From: a virus
Virus record (IMG/VR): IMGVR_UViG_3300024336_000001
Location: 24,850-88,849 of that record
Direction: 5' to 3' (one strand)
Length of the DNA: 64,000 nt
Of this stretch, positions 1 through 6,969 are shown in pieces. The notes beneath the pieces were generated by a model. The model searched no databases, was not told where the DNA came from, and saw nothing but the letters and a program-made list of their open reading frames with translations. The stretch's first letter is position 1. Each line of letters opens with the position of its first letter. The position numbers were made by a program, and so were the translations under genes.

Positions 1-33
1 TGTCCATTTTAAAATAAGAAGGGAGCTGAAATT

Positions 34-210
34 ATGAGTTTAATAGCGACAATAACAGAAGAAATATTGTCAGATGATACAGACCAATCAAATAGGTTAC
101 AGTCTCTTTATGAGAACGGAACAGAGCAGGACAGGAAGGCTATTGATGAAGCTATGATGTGCGTTTGTGGGTGGACACTAGAGACATTAATTCAAAGGGC
201 AGGTGGGTAG
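34..210 (+). CDS. Small hypothetical early protein (58 aa, not in ORF track)
   Basis: GAAGGGAG RBS, ATG at 34, TAG at 208-210; MSLIATITEE...CVCGWTLETLIQRAGG. Confidence 0.7.
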   Translation: MSLIATITEEILSDDTDQSNRLQSLYENGTEQDRKAIDEAMMCVCGWTLETLIQRAGG

Positions 211-212
211 TT

Positions 213-452
213 ATGGACAAAGAAAGACTAGAAAGAATCAGAAAAGGGGAATCGATCGCTATTTTTTGGGGTTTTGAAGATATTTTAGGAGAAGCAAAAG
301 AAATGGGCATCAAACTAACAAAGGAACAGGCCAAGGAAATCTTACAGGAAATCGACATGCGACATGATGCAACAATAGGTGTTAATTGGGATGTTTTGAG
401 AGTCTATATTGAGAATTATTCTAGTGAAAGGGGGCTTGAGTCGAATGAATAA
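213..452 (+). CDS. Hypothetical early protein, paralogous to the C-terminus of 672..1100
   Basis: In frame with track ORF 159..452; ATG 213 follows the upstream stop; LTKEQAKEIL...IGVNWD motif. Confidence 0.7.
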   Translation: MDKERLERIRKGESIAIFWGFEDILGEAKEMGIKLTKEQAKEILQEIDMRHDATIGVNWDVLRVYIENYSSERGLESNE

Positions 453-666
453 ATGTAACGATAAAGTTAGTGGCTTGATTTTTGACGATTGGACACCACA
501 AGAACAGGGGCAAAATTACGATACGGATACGTGGACGCAGGTATGTACCAAATGCGCTAATAAACACAAATTAAAAAACTTAGATGATGCAGGGCAAGGG
601 ATTTGTGGGGTTGAAGGCTGTGAAAACGAGTCAGATTATTATTATGATTTTAATAGAGAGGAGTAA
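445..666 (+). CDS. Small Cys-rich (zinc-binding-like) hypothetical protein
   Basis: CTKC and CGVEGC motifs; ATG 445 in frame with track ORF. Confidence 0.65.
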   Translation: MNKCNDKVSGLIFDDWTPQEQGQNYDTDTWTQVCTKCANKHKLKNLDDAGQGICGVEGCENESDYYYDFNREE

Positions 667-671
667 AGCAA

Positions 672-1100
672 ATGATTGAAGCAACAGTAAGAAAGGATTT
701 AAGAGAGCAAGGCGACCGGCCAGCAACAAACGCCGGAGCTTTGCCGGCAGAGTTAATGAATAGCACCTTTGAGGCAATACAGCCGGACGAATTGGGTGAG
801 TTTGGGGATTTTTATAACATGGCAATTAAAGTAAAGGGCGATACGGATCAAATGTATTTGGTTAATAGCATTGATTTTGATTTTGACCAATCAACAAGAA
901 TCAGAACAAAAGCCTTTGGATTTAATCACGATGATGTACGACAAAAGCACGAAGAAATGAGAGAGGACGACAAAGATTTGCCAGAAACCCTGACAGATAA
1001 GCAGTGTAGCGATGTGCTGGATTATATGCTAAATAAGGGCGATGTGAGCATAGGCATAGGTTGGGATACGGTTGAGTTCGCTATTGAGGAGGTGATTTAA
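672..1100 (+). CDS. Hypothetical early protein
   Basis: GAGGAG RBS; stop overlaps next start (TAATG). Confidence 0.75.
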   Translation: MIEATVRKDLREQGDRPATNAGALPAELMNSTFEAIQPDELGEFGDFYNMAIKVKGDTDQMYLVNSIDFDFDQSTRIRTKAFGFNHDDVRQKHEEMREDDKDLPETLTDKQCSDVLDYMLNKGDVSIGIGWDTVEFAIEEVI

Positions 1101-1291
1101 TGCAAAAAATGACAGAGAAAACAATCAAGGGCGAGCCAAGATGTAAGCACGTACTAATTGATGGGGCTGGTACTTATTGCGAAAAAAAACCGACACCCGA
1201 ACACAAATGGCATAAATACCATAGAACAGATTGCTATGGGCTAAAGGGTAGCTGTCGGTTTTTAGAAAATTATGAGCAAGGAGAGAATTAA
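1100..1291 (+). CDS. Small Cys/His-rich hypothetical protein
   Basis: GGAGGT RBS, coupled to upstream gene. Confidence 0.65.
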   Translation: MQKMTEKTIKGEPRCKHVLIDGAGTYCEKKPTPEHKWHKYHRTDCYGLKGSCRFLENYEQGEN

Positions 1292-1292
1292 C

Positions 1293-1448
1293 ATGGCAAC
1301 CAAAGAATTAGTTGAAACACCAATTGAGGCATTGGAAGAAATAGTTAGGCTGCGAGAGCGAGGCAACACAAGGGGAATTCTTGATAATGACGAAGGGGTT
1401 AGAACGGTTTGGGACAAATATACCATTGAATCATTTGATAATAATTAG
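1293..1448 (+). CDS. Small hypothetical protein (51 aa, not in ORF track)
   Basis: AGGAG RBS; MATKELVETPIEALEE...; TAG 1446-1448. Confidence 0.6.
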   Translation: MATKELVETPIEALEEIVRLRERGNTRGILDNDEGVRTVWDKYTIESFDNN

Positions 1449-1459
1449 GAGGAAATATT

Positions 1460-1639
1460 ATGTCAGAACAACAAACATTTTCAGTAACTTATGCCGAAAC
1501 AAGATATTACACTAAGCAATTTGAGGCTAAAACAAAAGAAGAGGCTCTTGATAAGGCATCCGAGGATTGGTGCGAAGTTGGCGATTGGAACGATACCCAA
1601 AGCCCCGATGTAGGGATGCATGATGTTGCCCAATTATAA
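1460..1639 (+). CDS. DpnD/PcfM-like small protein (59 aa, not in ORF track)
   Basis: AGGAGG RBS; FSVTYAETRYYTKQFEAKTKEEALDKA pattern. Confidence 0.55.
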   Translation: MSEQQTFSVTYAETRYYTKQFEAKTKEEALDKASEDWCEVGDWNDTQSPDVGMHDVAQL

Positions 1640-1662
1640 AAATAAAGAAGGGAGCAAAAACA

Positions 1663-2160
1663 GTGAGTAAGCAAAAAGAATTAGCAAATAAATATCATAC
1701 TTGTAAGTGTAATGATAGGTTGATGGCGATTGATTGGGAATCCACAGCGTTGGTTGAAGTAGACTTTGAAAAAGCGAATAACATTAAGCCGTCAGGAAGA
1801 CTTATTTGGTTTGTATCTTCGTGCAGAACTTGTGACGGACGTATTTTGCATGGCTGTTCGTTTTGTGATTATAGGGTTGTTGGGGAAGAATTAATCAACA
1901 AGGCCCTCAAAGAAGCCAAGCGAAAAGTAAATAATTCATATGGCTTAATGGATACATTAAAAAAGTTGTGGCAAAAAAAGAACTTAGAGGTATTATGGGA
2001 AAAATTAGGAGATGTTCCGGTAAATGATGATGGAAAAATTGAAGAATCTTTTTTAGATTTTGAGGTTGGAACAGATAGAGAGGATATTTGGCATTGGTTT
2101 GAAGAACAGAACCCCGATATTTCGGTGGCAAAATTAATGTACAGTGGAAAGGGGCAATAA
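1663..2160 (+). CDS. Hypothetical protein: Cys-rich N-terminus, C-terminal domain seen in mobile elements
   Basis: GAAGGGAG RBS, GTG start; CKC/CRTC/CSFC; LWEKLGDVP...GTDREDIWHWFEE. Confidence 0.7.
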   Translation: MSKQKELANKYHTCKCNDRLMAIDWESTALVEVDFEKANNIKPSGRLIWFVSSCRTCDGRILHGCSFCDYRVVGEELINKALKEAKRKVNNSYGLMDTLKKLWQKKNLEVLWEKLGDVPVNDDGKIEESFLDFEVGTDREDIWHWFEEQNPDISVAKLMYSGKGQ

Positions 2161-2163
2161 ACT

Positions 2164-2385
2164 ATGAACAAACTACACATTATATTTTCAGGTGATAGAG
2201 AGTTTAGGGTTTTAAGAACAGTCAGAACAACTCACGAGGAAGCTTGGGAAATAGCAAACAGACTAGCCCAACATCCAAACAAAGATTTTGACCACTACGA
2301 TGTCTTGGGTGGCTATGATACAGAACAGGAAATGGACGAGGATATTAGGCAGCATTACGCACAATCGAAGCTAGGGTATAGATAA
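2164..2385 (+). CDS. Hypothetical protein
   Basis: Tightly packed after upstream gene. Confidence 0.65.
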   Translation: MNKLHIIFSGDREFRVLRTVRTTHEEAWEIANRLAQHPNKDFDHYDVLGGYDTEQEMDEDIRQHYAQSKLGYR

Positions 2386-2524
2386 ACAGGAAAAAATGGT
2401 GTATAATGTCTGACCCTATAAGCAGCACAATAGGTAAAAAAGCAGTAAAAATGTAAAAAAATGAAATTTATTGGGTTGTTTATACGATAACTATATATGA
2501 AGTAGATTTTAACGGGGGTGGAGA

Positions 2525-2758
2525 ATGTTAACCGCTTGTAAGGAAGTCATAAATACAATCGAAGCAGCTACAGTTACAAGTTTTCTTGTATTTGGCACTT
2601 CCTATATTTCCGAAACCGATCTTTTACAAGGCATTGAAGGCAAGAGGGACAGAACTATTGTAAAAGAAGCTATCAATGAATTGTTTTTTGTTTTCTATAC
2701 AAAGGTGAAAAAAGAAGCTGTCCGTTACCCTACTAGACCAGAATTTATAGTAAATTAA
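2525..2758 (+). CDS. Hypothetical protein
   Basis: GGGGTGGAG upstream of ATG; convergent with repressor gene. Confidence 0.5.
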   Translation: MLTACKEVINTIEAATVTSFLVFGTSYISETDLLQGIEGKRDRTIVKEAINELFFVFYTKVKKEAVRYPTRPEFIVN

Positions 2759-3284
2759 ACACCAGGTTTAAAACGCCCTCGATTTTTTCGGGCTTATCTT
2801 TAAGTTTATCAATGATTTTGTACATAGCTACTTTCTCTCGCTCTTCTAGCTGCGTAAGACTTATATTGGCCTGAATTGCAGCAGGCGTAACCAAGTGATC
2901 TCTTAAATCAAGAGTTATAAACCCTTTTAGCTCGTTTTCAAAAAAGCTATCCAAAATTTCATCTTTTGCTGTAGATGTTAAAAAGTGGTATTTCCAGTAA
3001 TTTTTATTTAAGTGCGCAGATATTTCTTCTATGTACTTAAGTAGCCCAGGCTCTTTGTTTCTTTCTTCGAAAGCAGCCAGAGCAAAATCATAGGCTTCTT
3101 CATCTGTTAAATTAAGAAGTTTAGCCAACGTCCGAACTTTATCTACTGGTGGAGCGATATGTTTGCCTGTTTCTATGTTTGAGATATAGCAGCGAGCAGA
3201 AATGTTCCCCAGCCCATCTAGCAAGCTTTGTTGGGTCATTTTCTTTTCTTTTCTATGTTTAGCGAGTAATTCAGCAAAGCTCAT
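2745..3284 (-). CDS. XRE-family HTH regulator, CI-like repressor candidate
   Basis: HRKEKKMTQQSL...YISNIETGK...LAKLLNL HTH_3 pattern plus C-terminal domain; operator array upstream. Confidence 0.85.
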   Translation of the reverse strand: MSFAELLAKHRKEKKMTQQSLLDGLGNISARCYISNIETGKHIAPPVDKVRTLAKLLNLTDEEAYDFALAAFEERNKEPGLLKYIEEISAHLNKNYWKYHFLTSTAKDEILDSFFENELKGFITLDLRDHLVTPAAIQANISLTQLEEREKVAMYKIIDKLKDKPEKIEGVLNLVFNLL

Positions 3285-3325
3285 TATATTACTAATAATA
3301 ACTATATTTTGATTTCAGCACAAGT

Positions 3326-3494
3326 TATATATACTCAGTATACCCATATCTATATACTAGCGCAGTAGACAAAAGTATACAGCGGCAGTATACTTGAATA
3401 TAGAGCAAGGAAAGAGAACGCCTAATTATGGAGCTAATAAGCAAGGTGATAACGGTTACATATACTAGCTCAGTATATATGACAGCTTAGTAGA
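3326..3494. promoter_or_regulatory. Array of five 17-bp palindromic operator-like sites, consensus TATACT-N5-AGTATA
   Basis: 3326 TATATATACTCAGTATA; 3353 TATACTAGCGCAGTAGA; 3376 TATACAGCGGCAGTATA; 3461 TATACTAGCTCAGTATA; 3478 TATGACAGCTTAGTAGA. Confidence 0.75.
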
Positions 3495-3514
3495 ACACTG
3501 GGCTAATCTTTATC

Positions 3515-3703
3515 TTATGAAAGGAGGTCGGTAAAAGGAACATTTAGTTTTTCGGCGACACGATCAAGCCAGTTGATACTTGGTACTCTTGCGCCGGATT
3601 CGATTTTTTTATAATAGCTTAAGGAGATGTGGAACTTTTGGGCAAATTCTTCTTGAGTCAAACCTAATTTGAGGCGAACCTCTTTAACTTTTATCTTATA
3701 CAT
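3515..3703 (-). CDS. Small XRE/Cro-like HTH protein
   Basis: VRLKLGLTQEEFAQKFHISLSYYKKIESGARVPS; probable ATG at 3703, 8 nt after TACAAT. Confidence 0.85.
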   Translation of the reverse strand: MYKIKVKEVRLKLGLTQEEFAQKFHISLSYYKKIESGARVPSINWLDRVAEKLNVPFTDLLS

Positions 3704-3777
3704 AATTAAAGATTGTAGTACGATAATGAGCTTAAGTAAGGGACACAAATAGGGAACTTTTTAAAAGGAGTAATGGG

Positions 3778-4170
3778 ATGAAAAACTACAAAGTAACGAT
3801 TGCTGAACAGCATCATTATAGTATTGCTGTAAAAGCTGCTGGGGAATTTGAGGCCGGAGAAATAGTAGAAAAGAAGTGGGATAACGGCAAGGGGCGTAAT
3901 GCATTTTCTGTAGAGGAAGTTAGTGGTTGTGATGTTGTGAGCACTGAACAGGTGTCAGATAAAAATGAAAAAATAGCGACTGTCCAAGATTTTAAAGATT
4001 ACAACAATAAAATGGAAAGGGCATTGAGAGACGTTTACCTATTTCTAAGGGCTAAAAATAAAGAAAACACATATAAATACCCAGAAGAAAATTTAGGGGA
4101 TATAAACCAACTCTTACAAGAGGTTTCAATTATATTTGAGCGAAAAATTCATCAGGAAGCACCAAGATAA
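3778..4170 (+). CDS. Protein with N-terminal DpnD/PcfM-like domain
   Basis: AGGAG RBS; MKNYKVTIAEQHHYSIAVKAAGEFEAGEIV. Confidence 0.6.
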   Translation: MKNYKVTIAEQHHYSIAVKAAGEFEAGEIVEKKWDNGKGRNAFSVEEVSGCDVVSTEQVSDKNEKIATVQDFKDYNNKMERALRDVYLFLRAKNKENTYKYPEENLGDINQLLQEVSIIFERKIHQEAPR

Positions 4171-4266
4171 AAATATTATTTGATGTATAATATAAAAAAT
4201 GAGCTTTTAGGGAAATTGCAGAAGATAAACGAGAAATAAAATCACTTTTTTGATATACTAATATAA

Positions 4267-4284
4267 TGTTTGATGCGTCAAACA
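4267..4284. promoter_or_regulatory. 18-bp palindromic site, copy 1 (TGTTTGATGCGTCAAACA)
   Basis: Abuts TATAAT at 4262-4267; differs by one base from the copy at 11078. Confidence 0.7.
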
Positions 4285-4315
4285 AACAAGGGTAATTTAG
4301 GGCAGTAAGGGACGT

Positions 4316-4825
4316 ATGAAAGAAATAAAAACAGACAACATACAAATTATTCAATATAAGAACGGGAAGCAACATAGTTTAAAAGATGAAATGGTGCGGA
4401 TGTTCCATTTTGAAAAACGAGATTTTAAAAATGCCCTCCGTTATTCCCATGAATACATTGTGGCTTGTCTTGAGATATCAAACAACCCTGAATATGCTGT
4501 AGGTATAAACACCTGGTATTTTCGTGATAATAAGAACGAGCGATTATTTCCAACCTGGAAAAGAGCCTTAATTTCTCAGCCAGTGATACCAGCCTCAATA
4601 ATTCAAAGACGCAGGCTTAACAAATACCTTCAGAACAGAATAAAGGAGCTGAAAGACACCAGTTCTTTAGACACTTTTTATGTCTTTGCTCCTTATAAAA
4701 TTGATATAATGAAAAGAGTCCTTAACACAATTTATTCGGAATATGTTTATTATCGGGATAAAGTGGGTAATACATCTATATTGAGTAGAGATGAGAGGAG
4801 ATATATATGCCACAAAAGAAAATGA
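4316..4825 (+). CDS. Hypothetical protein
   Basis: 169-aa ORF, AAGGGA upstream. Confidence 0.6.
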   Translation: MKEIKTDNIQIIQYKNGKQHSLKDEMVRMFHFEKRDFKNALRYSHEYIVACLEISNNPEYAVGINTWYFRDNKNERLFPTWKRALISQPVIPASIIQRRRLNKYLQNRIKELKDTSSLDTFYVFAPYKIDIMKRVLNTIYSEYVYYRDKVGNTSILSRDERRYICHKRK

Positions 4826-5260
4826 TAGCAACCCCTTTTGAAAAGCTTGCGGAAAAGTTAAGTCAGCGACTGGGCAAAAAAGTAGATTTAAACAAAGGCT
4901 GGGGAATATTTTTGCCCATAGCACTAAAAGCATCCTTGGGGAATTTACCTAAGAATGTTTTTTATTCAGCTACAGAACAAAAACCGTTTGCAGCTCCATT
5001 GCCTCCGAGATATTTAACCACAGCTTTTTCGACCATTTCCGTAAATTAGTCAAACCTAAACACGTCTTTAATCTTTTGAATTCAAAAATTCTTTTAAAAA
5101 TGGTACAGTATAAAGTATATTGACCGTATTGTTTGTATGCTTTATAGGATGCGTCACCAGTATGATTTAATAGCAGTTGAATAATGTGGGAGGGGAGCTT
5201 ATATAAGTCAGTAAATACCTTATACCCGAAATAAGGGGTAGCAAAATAGGGAGCCAGAAG

Positions 5261-6967
5261 ATGAATAAATTAAAAAAGAAAACAAAAGAAAAAGAAACGC
5301 TTCTCTCTGCTAATTTTATCACAAAAGATGGTTTAGAACACAAAGAACTAGACCTTCCTGAAAGTCACCCTGGAAAACTATCCCTCGGAAGAAATGTAAC
5401 CGATACAAATATTATCCCGCATGAAGACAGATTAGATCTTGATGGCGAAGATGTTGCTGGTTTATTCCCAGAGGTAAAAAAAGAAGTATTTGAACCAACG
5501 ACCGGTATTCAAGATAAAGATAAAAATTATATTCTTGAAAACGAAATCACAAATCTAGTTGAGGATGTCCAAAAAACAAAAGAAACCCCACAAATTATCA
5601 ATGCTAACGACCTTGTTTTTACTGTTACCAAAAAAGAACCAGGAGATAGGGTTGAGATTATCCAGGATTACCCGGCTAAAGTTTTTCCAGAGCCTAAAAA
5701 TAAAGCTTTTATTGAAAAAATAGACGAAATATGGAGCGAGACATCTTCAGGGATGTCTTTTCATCATCTCTACACAGAAGACTTTGCGCTAGATGGCCGA
5801 GAAATACACATTAAAGGGCAAAAGGTTCTCAATTTTGGGTCTTGTAGTTATTTGGGCTTAGAGCACCACCCAAAGCTAAAAGAAGGAGCGATAGAGGCAA
5901 TACAGAGATACGGCACTCAATACTCTTCGTCCATTACTTATCTGTCATTAGGTTTATATAAAGAACTGAAAGAAAAATACACAAAAATATTTGGAAGTAA
6001 CGTTGTGTTAGCCCCAACGACAACCTTGGCTCATGCATCTAGCATTCCATTGATAGCTGATGAACACGACGTTTTTTTGTTAGACCAACAAGTTCACAAC
6101 TCTGTACAAATGGGCACTCAATTAGCCGCAGCGCAGGGGACACCTTTTTTTATAATGCCTCACAACAATATCGAGGCTCTTGAAGATAAAATCCAGAAAT
6201 TGAAAAATGAACATAGAAAAATTTGGTATTTTCTTGATGGGGTTTACTCAATGTATGGAGATCTAGCCCCTATTGCCGAGCTAGAAAAGTTGCGAGATAA
6301 ATATGACAATTTATATCTTTATATAGATGATGCTCACGGAACAAGCTGGCGAGGAAAAAATGGGAAAGGTCATGCGTTAAGCTGCCTGAAAAGCTTAAGG
6401 AAGACCATAGTCGCTGTTTCTAACAACAAGGCGTTTGCTGGGGCCGGAGGATCCTTGGTTATAGAAGATCCAGAACTTTATAATGTTATAAGCAATTTTG
6501 GTCAGACAATGATTTTTGGGGGACCAATTCAACCGGCCAACTTAGGAGCATGTTTGGCTTCTGCCGATATTCATTTATCAAAAGAAATTTATGTGCTTCA
6601 AGATAAGCTTAGATCAAAGATTGATCTAAGAAATAGATTGTTTGATAAATATGATATTCCGGTTTTTGGAGATCGCCAAACCCCCATATCCTTTATTTGT
6701 GTGGGATCCCCAAAATCCCTTGGGATCCTTTTTCATAAATTGTTTGAAGATGGCATTTACACTAATTGTGCAGTATATCCGGCTGTATCCAAACAAAAAA
6801 GTGGTCTTAGGACAACAATGACTAATCATCTTACAGATGCGGACATTGAAAAATTTGTTGAGCGAGTTGCCTATCATTTGCCCAAAATTCTTCAAGAAGA
6901 AGGGTCCTCGATAGAAAAAATTAAAAAGAGGTTTAAAATAAAAGAGAGAAACCTTGTAAAGGTTTAA
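5261..6967 (+). CDS. PLP-dependent alpha-oxoamine synthase family enzyme (BioF/KBL/SPT/CqsA-LqsA superfamily) with long N-terminal extension; candidate autoinducer synthase
   Basis: NFGSCSYLGLEHHP, LDQQVHNS, DGVYSMYGD, IDDAHG, SNNKAFAGAGG (Schiff-base Lys ~K390), YPAV...GLR. Confidence 0.88.
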   Translation: MNKLKKKTKEKETLLSANFITKDGLEHKELDLPESHPGKLSLGRNVTDTNIIPHEDRLDLDGEDVAGLFPEVKKEVFEPTTGIQDKDKNYILENEITNLVEDVQKTKETPQIINANDLVFTVTKKEPGDRVEIIQDYPAKVFPEPKNKAFIEKIDEIWSETSSGMSFHHLYTEDFALDGREIHIKGQKVLNFGSCSYLGLEHHPKLKEGAIEAIQRYGTQYSSSITYLSLGLYKELKEKYTKIFGSNVVLAPTTTLAHASSIPLIADEHDVFLLDQQVHNSVQMGTQLAAAQGTPFFIMPHNNIEALEDKIQKLKNEHRKIWYFLDGVYSMYGDLAPIAELEKLRDKYDNLYLYIDDAHGTSWRGKNGKGHALSCLKSLRKTIVAVSNNKAFAGAGGSLVIEDPELYNVISNFGQTMIFGGPIQPANLGACLASADIHLSKEIYVLQDKLRSKIDLRNRLFDKYDIPVFGDRQTPISFICVGSPKSLGILFHKLFEDGIYTNCAVYPAVSKQKSGLRTTMTNHLTDADIEKFVERVAYHLPKILQEEGSSIEKIKKRFKIKERNLVKV

Positions 6968-6969
6968 CC

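Noticed and set aside
3326-3494. CRISPR mini-array
   Set aside because: Repeats are 17 bp, degenerate and irregularly spaced; no cas genes
4807-5049. 80-aa ORF upstream of the synthase as a signal-peptide precursor
   Set aside because: No signal peptide or recognisable motif; may be real (ATG 4822) but cannot be supported
5103-5119. Sixth copy of the 17-bp operator upstream of the synthase
   Set aside because: Only the AGTATA half-site matches, in AT-rich DNA
5261-6967. Calling the enzyme bioF (biotin AMG) or cqsA outright
   Set aside because: No other bio genes, and it is coupled to a kinase; the motifs define only the superfamily, so no gene symbol is justified without phylogeny
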